In this document: positions 37,643 through 46,505 of the stretch, piece by piece
Numbering within the stretch: the first letter of the stretch is position 1
Layout of the letters: each line of letters starts with the position of its first letter
From: Bacteroidales bacterium
Lineage (GTDB): Bacteria; Bacteroidota; Bacteroidia; Bacteroidales; UBA932
DNA length: 64,000 nucleotides
Assembly (NCBI GenBank): GCA_017400135.1
Contig: JAFPVJ010000022.1
Span: forward strand, 20,433 to 84,432
Direction of reading: 5' to 3'
Notes under the pieces: generated by a model
What the model was told of the DNA's origin: nothing
Seen by the model: the letters and a program-made list of their open reading frames with translations, nothing else
Database searches by the model: none
Translations under genes and position numbers: made by a program

Positions 37643-38953
37643 ATGACACGAAGAGAATTCCTGGAAAAGAGCGCCGCTCTCGGCGCCGGCCTCACGCTGA
37701 GTCCCCTCATGGTCCGCATGGTCGCCAAGCCCGTGGAAGCCAACGACAAGATCCATCTGGGCCTGATCGGCTGCCGGAGTCAGGGTTTTGCCAACCTGCA
37801 GGCTTTCCTGCGTAATCCGGAGGTGGACTGCATCGCCCTCTGCGACGTTGACAGGAACATCCTGGAACAGCGGGCGGCCGACACGGAAAAGATACAGGGG
37901 AAGAAAGTAGCCCATCTTTACAAGGACTGGCGGAAACTACTCGACAACAGACAGGTCGACGTGGTCATCATCGGCACCCCCGATCATTGGCACTGCCTCC
38001 AGTTGGTGGCCGCCTGCCAGGCCGGAAAGGATGTCTATTGCGAAAAACCGCTGGGCAACAGCATCGAGGAGTGCAATGTCATGGTGCGCGCCGCCGAGAA
38101 ATACAACCGCATCGTCCAGGTGGGACAGTGGCAGCGCAGCACCCCCCACTGGCAGGATGCGATGGATTTCGTGCACAGCGGGAAACTGGGCAAGATCCGC
38201 ACCGTGCGCGTCTTCTCCTATCAGGGATGGTGCCCTTCCATCCCCGTCCAGCCCGACCAGCCCGTGCCCGAAGGCGTGGATTATGACATGTGGCTGGGCC
38301 CCGCGCCCCTGCGTCCCTTCAACCCGAACCGCTTCCACTTCACCTTCCGCTGGTTCTGGGACTATGCGGGCGGCCTGATGACCGACTGGGGCGTCCATCT
38401 GCTGGATTACGCCCTCTTCGGCATGAATGTGACCGCCCCCGACAGCATCATGGCTTCGGGAGGCAAGTTCGGATATCCGGACGATGCCTGCGAGACGCCC
38501 GATACCCTCCAGACCATCTATACGTTCAAGGACTTCACCATATTATGGGACCATGCCATCGGGATCAACGACGGCGCGTACGGCCGCACGCACGGCCTCG
38601 GATTCGTGGGCGAGAACGGTACGCTGGTCCTCGACCGCGGCGGCTGGGAAGTCATCCCCGAGAAGGTGGGCGGCGGCGAGCGCATGGAGGCCGTGCCTCT
38701 GCAGAAGAAATATGGTGAAGGAGGGCTCAATCTCCATGTGAAGAACCATCTGGACTGCATCAAGAGCCGCAACCCCCATTGCAATGCCAGCATCCAGATC
38801 GGCGCCCATATCGCCAAATTCGCCCACCTGGGCAACATCGCATACCGGACGGGCAAGAAACTGTCCTGGGACGGCACGACGTTCCACGACGCCGAGGCCG
38901 ATGCCTTCCTGTGCAAGCCCTATCGCGCGCCCTGGAAGCTACCCGAGGTCTGA
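37643..38953 (+). CDS. Gfo/Idh/MocA oxidoreductase with a Tat signal
   Basis: TRREFL twin-arginine motif, GTPDHWH, YCEKP, DWGVH; start at ATG 37643. Confidence 0.9.
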   Translation: MTRREFLEKSAALGAGLTLSPLMVRMVAKPVEANDKIHLGLIGCRSQGFANLQAFLRNPEVDCIALCDVDRNILEQRAADTEKIQGKKVAHLYKDWRKLLDNRQVDVVIIGTPDHWHCLQLVAACQAGKDVYCEKPLGNSIEECNVMVRAAEKYNRIVQVGQWQRSTPHWQDAMDFVHSGKLGKIRTVRVFSYQGWCPSIPVQPDQPVPEGVDYDMWLGPAPLRPFNPNRFHFTFRWFWDYAGGLMTDWGVHLLDYALFGMNVTAPDSIMASGGKFGYPDDACETPDTLQTIYTFKDFTILWDHAIGINDGAYGRTHGLGFVGENGTLVLDRGGWEVIPEKVGGGERMEAVPLQKKYGEGGLNLHVKNHLDCIKSRNPHCNASIQIGAHIAKFAHLGNIAYRTGKKLSWDGTTFHDAEADAFLCKPYRAPWKLPEV

Positions 38954-38957
38954 TAGG

Positions 38958-39093
38958 CAATAGTCGTAGACCGGGAGCACAAAAAAAAGCAGCGCCTGTG
39001 CGCGACCCGGAGCGAAGCGACAAAGGGGGTTTGGGGGATTCGTCCCCCAATAGTCGTAGACCGGGAGCACAAAAAAAAGCAGCGCCTGTGCGC
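38958..39093. repeat. Two identical 46-bp direct repeats separated by a 44-bp structured spacer
   Basis: caatagtcgtagaccgggagcacaaaaaaaagcagcgcctgtgcgc at 38958-39003 and 39048-39093. Confidence 0.92.
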
Positions 39094-39102
39094 TGCTTTT
39101 TT
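39071..39102. terminator. Bidirectional intrinsic terminator between the oxidoreductase and the tRNA-Lys pair
   Basis: A8-gcagcgc-ctgt-gcgctgc-T6. Confidence 0.8.
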
Positions 39103-39177
39103 GGTGCTCCCTTAGGGGCTCGAACCCTAGACACCCTGATTAAGAGTCAGGTGCTCTACCAACTGAGCTAAGGAAGC
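39102..39177 (-). tRNA. tRNA-Lys (anticodon CTT), CCA encoded
   Basis: Reverse complement GCTTCCTTAGCTCAGTTGGTAGAGCACCTGACTCTTAATCAGGGTGTCTAGGGTTCGAGCCCCTAAGGGAGCACCA forms a cloverleaf. Confidence 0.96.
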
Positions 39178-39191
39178 AATATTTCAAATCG

Positions 39192-39264
39192 TGACCCGTT
39201 CGGGGCTCGAACCCGAGACCCCCACATTAAAAGTGTGATGCTCTACCAACTGAGCTAACGAGTC
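39192..39264 (-). tRNA. tRNA-Lys (anticodon TTT)
   Basis: Reverse complement GACTCGTTAGCTCAGTTGGTAGAGCATCACACTTTTAATGTGGGGGTCTCGGGTTCGAGCCCCGAACGGGTCA; CCA not encoded. Confidence 0.96.
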
Positions 39265-39278
39265 CCCTAAAGGGTTTG

Positions 39279-39347
39279 CAAAGGTAGATGTTCCGTTTGA
39301 ATTATGCAAGGATATTTTGAAAAATTTTGTAAAATATCCTATATTTG
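39279..39347. promoter_or_regulatory. Divergent -7 elements (tRNAs 39279-39286 -, mtnN 39340-39347 +) with a 32-bp palindrome at 39309-39340
   Basis: caaaggta, tatatttg, AGGATATTTT-ga-AAAATTTT-gt-AAAATATCCT. Confidence 0.7.
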
Positions 39348-39371
39348 TAAACACCCTAAAGCACGCTAACC

Positions 39372-40037
39372 ATGAAGATCGGGATCATCGTCGCGATGGA
39401 CAGCGAATACGAACGCCTGTCCGAACTGATCGGCAAATCCGGCCGCATCGGCCGCAATACCGTCATCCTTTCCAAGTCTGGTATCGGCAAGGTCAATTCG
39501 GCCGTCGGCACCTATCAGATGATCCAGGAGCACCATCCGGACTGCATCATATCGACCGGCGTCGCAGGAGGCCTGGGAGAGGGCGTGGACGTGATGGACG
39601 TCGTGGCCGGCACCCAGATGGTCTACCATGATACCTGGTGCGGCGAAGGGAACACCTACGGCCAGGTGCAGGGGCTGCCCCTTTTCTTCGAGGCTCATCC
39701 GTCCCTGGTCGCCAGGGTGGAGGCGCTTCGCGATACGCCGGGCGCCCCCTGGATCCACTGCGGACTGATCTGCAGCGGCGACCGTTTCATTTCCGACCCG
39801 GCCGAGGAAGAAGCCATCCTGTGGCATTTCCCGGAGGCCATCGCCGTCGACATGGAGTCCTGCTCCATCGCCCAGGTTTGCTACCTGAATCAGGTCCCGT
39901 TCATCAGCCTGCGGGTGATCAGCGATTCCTTGAAGGGCGACCGGGGTGAGGCGTACGCCGATTTCTGGGCCACGGTCGGCACCACTTCCTTCTCCGTCGT
40001 CCGCCAGTTCCTGGAATCCCTGCCCGCCAAACTGTAG
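39372..40037 (+). CDS. mtnN: 5'-methylthioadenosine/S-adenosylhomocysteine nucleosidase
   Basis: KIGIIVAM..E, SGIGKVN, STGVAGG, SGDRFI, AVDMES, LRVISD. Confidence 0.93.
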   Translation: MKIGIIVAMDSEYERLSELIGKSGRIGRNTVILSKSGIGKVNSAVGTYQMIQEHHPDCIISTGVAGGLGEGVDVMDVVAGTQMVYHDTWCGEGNTYGQVQGLPLFFEAHPSLVARVEALRDTPGAPWIHCGLICSGDRFISDPAEEEAILWHFPEAIAVDMESCSIAQVCYLNQVPFISLRVISDSLKGDRGEAYADFWATVGTTSFSVVRQFLESLPAKL

Positions 40038-40053
40038 CGAAATCCACTCCTTT

Positions 40054-41793
40054 ATGAGACATATCTTCCTTTGGGCCGTACCGGTGGCAGTGAGCCTTGT
40101 CCTCTCCTGCTCCCGGCCCACGAACCCTGCCCGCGTGGTGACCAATCCAATAGACTTGGACTATGCCTTCACCCTCAACCAGGGCGAGCAGTTCAATGGA
40201 ATGCGGGAGGCGGCGGATCCGGTCGTAGAGGTCTACCGGGGACGCTATTATCTTTTTCCGTCGATGTCTTTCGGCTACTGGAGTTCGGACGACATGCAGC
40301 ACTGGGACTTCCACACCAACGACTTCATGCCCTTCCGCAACTATGCACCGACGCTGATGGTCTATCGGGATGAGTTGTACTGGTTCGTGTCAGGGCACAA
40401 TACGCTGTACAAGACCGCCACGCCGGAGGACGCCGCGTCCTGGAAAGCAGTGGCGACGGTCCAGCCCTTCATCGACCAGCCGGGACGGACCGTGCACGAC
40501 CCCTATCTCTTCAACGACGAAGACGGATGCATCTATCTCTACTGGGGCTGCAGCCAGACCGACCCGATCATGGGCGTCGAACTGGACCCGGAGGACGGGT
40601 TCAAGGCCAAGACGGAGCCCACGGTCCTGATCGGCCACAACGAAAAGGAATACGGCTGGGAGTGCCGCGGCGACAAGAATCAGATCGACTCCCCCAGCTC
40701 CAACGAAGGCGCCGCCCTCCTCAAATACAATGGCCGCTACTATCTGCAATACGCGGGACCGGGCACGGAATTCGACTCCTACGGGGACGGGCTCTACATC
40801 AGCGACGCGCCCTTGGGCCCCTTCGAGCATTGCGATTACTCCCCTTTCAGCATCAAGCCCGGCGGCTGGATGACCGGCGCCGGCCACGGTGACACCTTCC
40901 AGGACAAGTATGGCAACTGGTGGCACACCGCCTCCACCGTCATCTGCCAGCGCTTCATCTTTGAACGCCGGATCGGCTTCTATCCCGTCTTCTTCACGCC
41001 GGAAGGCCGGATGCACGCTCTGACGGAATGGTCCGACTATCCCTGGATCCTTCCCGATCGCCAGGTGGACTGGACGAAGGAGACGCCCTGGACGGGATGG
41101 ATGAACCTGACCCTGGGCAAGACGGCGACCGCTTCCTCGGCACTCCCGTATCATCCGGCGGCCCTCGCCTGCGACAATACGGTCAAGACCTGGTGGAGCG
41201 CGGAGACCGGAGATCCCGGCGAATGGCTCTGCATCGACCTGGGCGCGCCCAAGACCGTCCATGCCGTCCAAACCAATTTCGCCGACCAGGACTTCGGCAT
41301 CGGGCCCGAGCCCAAGAGCGCCTATAGTTATACGCTGGAGTATTCCCGCGACGGGAAGCGCTGGACCGTGCTGAAACGCGAATCCGGCACGCACCGGCCC
41401 CACCAGCTCATCGTTCCGAAACGGGCGGTGAAAGCCCGTTACGTGCGCCTGCGCAACGAGGCCCCGCTCACCGGAAAGCTCTCCGTCTTCGACCTGCGGG
41501 TCTTCGGTTTCGGACCGGCGCCCAAACCCGAAGCCGTGAAGGGAATGACCGTCGAACGGGCAGCGGATCCCCGCCGGATCACCGTCCGATGGAATCCCTC
41601 CGAAAACGCGGACGGCTATGTCCTGCACTGGGGCGTCCGGGAAGACGAACTGTACAGCAGTTGCGAGGTCTATGACAGCGAAGTCGAGCTGGGTCTCTTC
41701 TCCGTCGGGGAAGATTACTGGTTCCGCGTCGATGCCTTCAACGAAGGCGGCGTCACGCCAGGGCAAGAGACCATCCGGACGACAAGCCGCTGA
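40054..41793 (+). CDS. GH43 glycoside hydrolase lipoprotein with F5/8 (CBM32-like) and FN3-like domains
   Basis: Lipobox VLSC; REAADP, HDPYLF, NEGA, GAGHG; C-terminal WLCIDLG...KARYVRL; start at ATG 40054. Confidence 0.87.
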   Translation: MRHIFLWAVPVAVSLVLSCSRPTNPARVVTNPIDLDYAFTLNQGEQFNGMREAADPVVEVYRGRYYLFPSMSFGYWSSDDMQHWDFHTNDFMPFRNYAPTLMVYRDELYWFVSGHNTLYKTATPEDAASWKAVATVQPFIDQPGRTVHDPYLFNDEDGCIYLYWGCSQTDPIMGVELDPEDGFKAKTEPTVLIGHNEKEYGWECRGDKNQIDSPSSNEGAALLKYNGRYYLQYAGPGTEFDSYGDGLYISDAPLGPFEHCDYSPFSIKPGGWMTGAGHGDTFQDKYGNWWHTASTVICQRFIFERRIGFYPVFFTPEGRMHALTEWSDYPWILPDRQVDWTKETPWTGWMNLTLGKTATASSALPYHPAALACDNTVKTWWSAETGDPGEWLCIDLGAPKTVHAVQTNFADQDFGIGPEPKSAYSYTLEYSRDGKRWTVLKRESGTHRPHQLIVPKRAVKARYVRLRNEAPLTGKLSVFDLRVFGFGPAPKPEAVKGMTVERAADPRRITVRWNPSENADGYVLHWGVREDELYSSCEVYDSEVELGLFSVGEDYWFRVDAFNEGGVTPGQETIRTTSR

Positions 41794-41856
41794 CGCAGCG
41801 TCGGATTTGGATGTTTTTTCTTATCTTTGTATGTTTGAATGATAAATAAACCGAAT

Positions 41857-42795
41857 ATGAAACGAATCATACTAGGCGCCCTGGCGCTGCTTTGCCTGGC
41901 ATCCTGTTCCTACAGGGTCTACCCTGTCAACACGCTGGCAGACAATTACACACTGGCAATGCAGACGCCCGAAGAGATCGCGGCGAAAGAGAGTGTCGAG
42001 ATCTTCCTGTCCGAGCAGGAGGTTCCCGGTCCGTACAAGCTGATCGCCTTCGTGGAGAACCGTCCCGTTTTCCCGGTCGCCATCGCCGACCAGCAACTCA
42101 AGAATTTCTACAAGCAGGCCGTGTTGAAAGCGTACGAGATGGGCGGTAACGCCATCATCGTCAATTCGATCCGCAGCTTCAAGGTCATCCAACTGACTGG
42201 AAAGCAGGTCAGGAAGGCTGCCCCGCCCCGCGGGGTGCAGCCGCAACCGGAGACCCGGGTTCAGAATGAGCCCCGCGTGCAGCGTGAACCCCGGGTTCAG
42301 AATGAGTCCCGTGTGCAGAGAGAGCCTCGCGTGCAAAGGGAGCCCCGGGATCAGAAGGAGCAATCGGAAGTCGGAAAAATAGTCGACAAGGTAAAGAACG
42401 CAGCTATCTTCCAGAAGAGGGAGAAGCCGGCGTCGGAAGAACCGGCAAAGACGGTCGAGACAAAGACAGTCGAGACCAAGCCAGTCACGACCCGCGTCGC
42501 CGAGGCAACGCCCGCCGACAGCCCCGTCTTTGACGACAGCACCCTGCAGTGGTTTACCAGTGGCTATGTTTACCGGGCCAAGGAGCAGGAGCAGACTGAG
42601 ATCATCGAAGCGATGAACGACGAGATCCGCAACGACCTCAAGGTCTGCAAAACCAAAGCGGAGGCAGACTTCATCACGAAGAAAATCGACCAGTTGGAGA
42701 AATACAACAACACCCTGCCCATCCCTTCCGGCACGCAGGCCAGCAAGATCAAGGGCTACAGGAATCTGCTCAAGAAACTTGCCGCCAAGTTCTAG
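41857..42795 (+). CDS. Hypothetical lipoprotein with internal peptide repeats
   Basis: Lipobox LASC; own -7 element (tatctttg 41822-41829); alternative start 41839. Confidence 0.78.
   Translation: MKRIILGALALLCLASCSYRVYPVNTLADNYTLAMQTPEEIAAKESVEIFLSEQEVPGPYKLIAFVENRPVFPVAIADQQLKNFYKQAVLKAYEMGGNAIIVNSIRSFKVIQLTGKQVRKAAPPRGVQPQPETRVQNEPRVQREPRVQNESRVQREPRVQREPRDQKEQSEVGKIVDKVKNAAIFQKREKPASEEPAKTVETKTVETKPVTTRVAEATPADSPVFDDSTLQWFTSGYVYRAKEQEQTEIIEAMNDEIRNDLKVCKTKAEADFITKKIDQLEKYNNTLPIPSGTQASKIKGYRNLLKKLAAKF
42250..42357 (+). repeat. Six degenerate 18-bp tandem units encoding E(P/T/S)R(V/D)Q(N/R/K)
   Basis: gagacccgggttcagaat / gagccccgcgtgcagcgt / gaaccccgggttcagaat / gagtcccgtgtgcagaga / gagcctcgcgtgcaaagg / gagccccgggatcagaag. 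Confidence 0.85.
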
Positions 42796-42798
42796 CGG

Positions 42799-43974
42799 CT
42801 ACATCCCCGGACGACGGGCGACGATGCGGATGGCTTCCGGATGCTCTGCGAGGAAGCCATCCGTTTCGTTTACCACCAGCAGCAGATAGCCGCCACCGCC
42901 GGCGCCGGTCATCTTCCAGGCCAGCACATCCCCGTCCCCGGCATAGCGGTCAATGAAGTCCTGCACTCCCGGCTGCATCATCGCCGGGAACATGGCCACC
43001 TGCGCCTCGAAGGAAGCAGCGTATGCCGCGGCGAAGGCCTCCAGGTCCAAGGCCATGATGGCCGTCCAGCAGCGATCCGCAGCGGCAGCCAGCGCCTGGG
43101 CCCCTTCCGCCGTCACCCGCTTGCCCTCGACGACGGAGCAATGCTCCTTGCGCGGAAACATCGGCACCAGGCAGAGATGGCCCTCCAGCCAGGAAAGCAC
43201 CTTCTCGTCCGTGCAGGACTCGATGCGTTCCGGCCAGAAATGGCAGTCATAGAAATGGCGGGTCAGGCCCGGCATGCAGATGCCGATCGCATCCTGCGCC
43301 CCGCTGATGAAGCCGTTGGAGCGTTCCGGGTCGTTCTCAAAGCAGAACACGAGCTTGGCCAGCATCTCAGGCTCCATGTGGGGCAACTGGTAGGGCCAGA
43401 TCTTGCGGATGTTGTTGCGGGTGGAAGTGGCCAGTCCGCAACGGTTCTGAATCTCGAAGGTCGGTTCGATGCTGAGCGTGAGGGCCCAGCCGGAGGCATA
43501 CTTGCTGACGTAGGGCTGGTCGATCCAGGTACCCGCGATATCCACCCGGGTCGGGATCTGGCAGGGACTCTTTTTCAGGTCGGTCGAACTGCGGGCCTTG
43601 AGTCCCGGCTCCGGCGTGCGTTCCAGCACGACATACTCGATGCCGCGAGACTCGCACAGGGCGCGTTTTTCCTCGTTGCCGCCGTCGCTGTTGACGACGA
43701 AGATATCGGGTTTGACAATGTCCAGCGTCGGCACGAAGTCCATGATGCCGTGGCCGGCGTTGATGTACGCATCCTTGACATAGCGGATCGCCTTGACCAT
43801 GAAGAGACGCTCCTGCTCGGAATAGACGGTCTTGTGGTGTTTGTAGTCCAGGATCGTCGCATCGCTGCCGATCCCCACATACAGGTCGCCGTAGGCAGCC
43901 GCCTGCTTGAAAAACTCCACGTGACCGCTATGCAGCAGGTCATAACATCCGGATACGAATACTTTCTTCGCCAT
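42799..43974 (-). CDS. Cytidylyltransferase-family (HxGH) domain fused to a GHMP sugar-kinase-like domain
   Basis: GCYDLLHSGH and RSST; then PTRVDIAGTWID, CGLATS, SGAQD, KMTGAGGGG. Confidence 0.85.
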   Translation of the reverse strand: MAKKVFVSGCYDLLHSGHVEFFKQAAAYGDLYVGIGSDATILDYKHHKTVYSEQERLFMVKAIRYVKDAYINAGHGIMDFVPTLDIVKPDIFVVNSDGGNEEKRALCESRGIEYVVLERTPEPGLKARSSTDLKKSPCQIPTRVDIAGTWIDQPYVSKYASGWALTLSIEPTFEIQNRCGLATSTRNNIRKIWPYQLPHMEPEMLAKLVFCFENDPERSNGFISGAQDAIGICMPGLTRHFYDCHFWPERIESCTDEKVLSWLEGHLCLVPMFPRKEHCSVVEGKRVTAEGAQALAAAADRCWTAIMALDLEAFAAAYAASFEAQVAMFPAMMQPGVQDFIDRYAGDGDVLAWKMTGAGGGGYLLLVVNETDGFLAEHPEAIRIVARRPGM

Positions 43975-43979
43975 ATCTG

Positions 43980-45449
43980 TTATTTCTTATTTACCAATGA
44001 ATAACGAACGCCCAGGGTTGCGCCGAACTGATGGGGCAGGACCTGCCCGTAATCGGCGAAAAGCCCGTACAGACCGCTGAGGCCCCGGACGCCGAACAAG
44101 CCGTCGACGGTGCCGGTCCAGGCTGCGCTGAACTGAAGCAGCGGCGTCTCCCGCACGCTGCCCCAGGGCCGCTGCCAGGCGGAATCGCCGGCGTAGGGTG
44201 TCTCGTAGGTGCCGTAATTGCGGCTGTAACTCAGCATCAGCCGGTAAGGGTGCCGGCGCCACAGTTTTCCGGACAAACCCAAATGGTGGGCCCGGAGCCG
44301 GTTGTTCTCCACGCCCAGGGTCACCAAGCCCGACGACCAGGTGCCCGCATGGGTCCCGGCCGGGAAGAACAGGGGCTCCCCTATCGTCCGGCCGAAATGA
44401 GTCCAGCCGGAACAGTAATCGCCATTGTTGAAATAATTGTCCAGCCCCGTCGTCTTGTGGACACCGGGTGCATACGGGCTGTCCTCTCCCCCGAACCATT
44501 CGACATTGACCGGTCCGGACTGGTAGCGTGTGTAGTGGTACTCGAAGACGATGTCCGAGACCCAGCGGTCCTTGTCCTCCCAGCCGAAATGCAGGGTGTT
44601 GACTCCGTCAGGGAAATTCTGCAGCCCCATACCCGAGCCGTCATCGTAGGGAATGTCGTGCTGGGCGGTCAGGCGCCAGCCGTCGACCCGGTATTCGACC
44701 CGGATCAGCTCGCTGCCGCGCTGGTCGCCAATGACGTTGGCCTGGTCCATCTGGGCGCCGGACGCATTGGCCGGACGGCCAAAAATCATGCGCAGGTAGT
44801 TCTCCAAGTTGACCGGCATGGACGCGTGTTCGGGATGAATCCCGCCCCACATCGCATAATGATCCAGGGCAGCATACAAGCGCAAGCGGTCTCCTATGTC
44901 CCCCCGCAGCCCCACCTGCGTGCGGTGGACCAGCGCTCCCTGCACGTAACGGAGATCCTGTGTCTTGTAGTCTCCGAAGGCGCCGAAAAGCCACAGATGC
45001 CGTCCGGTCCAGGGAATGGCGACCGGGTCCAGGCTCAGCAGCCAGCCCGGCATCGTCCTGGCGTTGCCGCTCTCCATGAGATGGCCTCCCGTGACCGAAA
45101 GGGATCCGAGCGAAGGGTCCGCGGCCAGGAAATCCAGCCCGCGGCGCTTCTGTCCCAGATCCAGCGTAAAGGCCTTCCAGCGCGCACTGAGATACAGTTC
45201 GTCCACCATCCCGTGCAAGGGAGACGAGCCGGGATCGAGCGAATCGTTGTACAGGTTGGCAGCCAGGGATGCGCCCCAGCGCCACTGGAAAGTCTTGCTC
45301 TCGTCGAACTGCGTCCCCGCCTGCACCCAGGCCAGTGAGCCGGAGGACTCCGGCATCAGCCCGTACTGCCCCGCCGTCGCCCAATAGGGAAGGTTCCCGG
45401 ACGAGGAGAGCGCGCCGAGCAGCAGCAGGGAGACGAAGAAATCATTCAT
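43980..45449 (-). CDS. Capsule assembly Wzi-family outer-membrane protein
   Basis: LPYWATAGQYGL, SGNARTMP, QANVIGDQRGS, NFPDG, DNYFNNGDY..GWT, as in Bacteroidetes Wzi-like barrels. Confidence 0.75.
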   Translation of the reverse strand: MNDFFVSLLLLGALSSSGNLPYWATAGQYGLMPESSGSLAWVQAGTQFDESKTFQWRWGASLAANLYNDSLDPGSSPLHGMVDELYLSARWKAFTLDLGQKRRGLDFLAADPSLGSLSVTGGHLMESGNARTMPGWLLSLDPVAIPWTGRHLWLFGAFGDYKTQDLRYVQGALVHRTQVGLRGDIGDRLRLYAALDHYAMWGGIHPEHASMPVNLENYLRMIFGRPANASGAQMDQANVIGDQRGSELIRVEYRVDGWRLTAQHDIPYDDGSGMGLQNFPDGVNTLHFGWEDKDRWVSDIVFEYHYTRYQSGPVNVEWFGGEDSPYAPGVHKTTGLDNYFNNGDYCSGWTHFGRTIGEPLFFPAGTHAGTWSSGLVTLGVENNRLRAHHLGLSGKLWRRHPYRLMLSYSRNYGTYETPYAGDSAWQRPWGSVRETPLLQFSAAWTGTVDGLFGVRGLSGLYGLFADYGQVLPHQFGATLGVRYSLVNKK

Positions 45450-45461
45450 GGGGCGAAGCGT

Positions 45462-46493
45462 TTAAAGGTAGCCCTTGCATTTGCGCCATACCAGGTGCCA
45501 GGTTTTCCAGAGCGGACTCCAGAGCACTTCGGATGGATAATCGAAGAGGAAACGGAAGAAACGGGCGGCGAGTCCGCCCTTACGCCGATCCGCGTGGCCA
45601 AAGTTGCCGGACAGCAACATGTCCTTCATCAGACGGCCGCCCCGGCCGGTTTCCGGAGAGAACAGAGCGGGACAGCCCGGACTGCCGAACAGTTCCTGCT
45701 CGACAAATGCCAGGGCGGATCCCAGCCGGGTCAGCCCCAGCTGTTTCGCCAGGCCCCGCACTTCTTCCCGTTCCGTCTCCGAAAGGGCTTTCATTATGTA
45801 GTGATGGTCCATGACCTGCCGCAGGCCGACGCCCTCGTTGATGATGTGCTTGCTGATATGCAGCAGCGAGAAAAGGGCGGCGAAGGCCGGCTTCGGATAG
45901 CGGAAGCCATCATCTCCGGCCATGTCCCAGGCCTGCGCCTGGGCCTCGAACCAGCGCTGGAGCCAGCGGTTGCGGAAAGGATTGTAGAGGAATGCAGGCA
46001 GGAAATGGATCTCCGTCTCCACATCCTCGAAGAATTTCGCTTCCACGTGGTGATACACCGGTCGCCGGAGCGGATAACGGCCTTTAAGCCAAGCGAGTAC
46101 TTTTTCCCGTCCGCCCGGGACCCAGAGGTCGATGTCCCCGCTCTGACGCAGGGTCGGGTCCGGATAGAGACGCGCCACGCCCTGTCCCTTCAGCACAGCG
46201 GAACGGAATCCGGCTGCGGAGAAGATCTCCGTCAACTCCCGGGCCCGCTGGTCCACGAGGGCATTGCGACGAACGGCTTTGGTCCGGTCCATCATCCAGC
46301 GACGGCACTGGTCACGGGAGGGCATCTGCTCTTCCGGCAGGACGTCCAGCGCCCGGAACAGGATTCCAGTCACCGACTGCTCCCCCGCCGTCTTATGCAG
46401 ACCGTCCCACTCCGCCTCGGAAGGGGCGGCGTCAAACGACGCCCGCGCCCCCGTGGCGATCTGGACCAGTTGGAAGAACAGCGGATCGGACAT
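45462..46493 (-). CDS. Uncharacterised nucleotidyltransferase (NTP_transf_5-like)
   Basis: VLKGQG, YPDPTLRQSGDIDLW, EIH, H..KH...EGVGLRQVMD, GNFG; GTG 46496 is an alternative start. Confidence 0.87.
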   Translation of the reverse strand: MSDPLFFQLVQIATGARASFDAAPSEAEWDGLHKTAGEQSVTGILFRALDVLPEEQMPSRDQCRRWMMDRTKAVRRNALVDQRARELTEIFSAAGFRSAVLKGQGVARLYPDPTLRQSGDIDLWVPGGREKVLAWLKGRYPLRRPVYHHVEAKFFEDVETEIHFLPAFLYNPFRNRWLQRWFEAQAQAWDMAGDDGFRYPKPAFAALFSLLHISKHIINEGVGLRQVMDHHYIMKALSETEREEVRGLAKQLGLTRLGSALAFVEQELFGSPGCPALFSPETGRGGRLMKDMLLSGNFGHADRRKGGLAARFFRFLFDYPSEVLWSPLWKTWHLVWRKCKGYL

Positions 46494-46505
46494 CACGTTG
46501 CAGGT

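Noticed and set aside
38958-39093. 46-bp repeat / 44-bp spacer / 46-bp repeat as a mini CRISPR array
   Set aside because: Only two copies, no cas genes, the repeat is half of a terminator, it lacks GTTG...CAAC-type ends, and the spacer is itself structured.
39102-39264. tRNA pair as the attachment site of an integrated island
   Set aside because: No integrase and no direct duplication of a tRNA 3' end seen elsewhere in the window.
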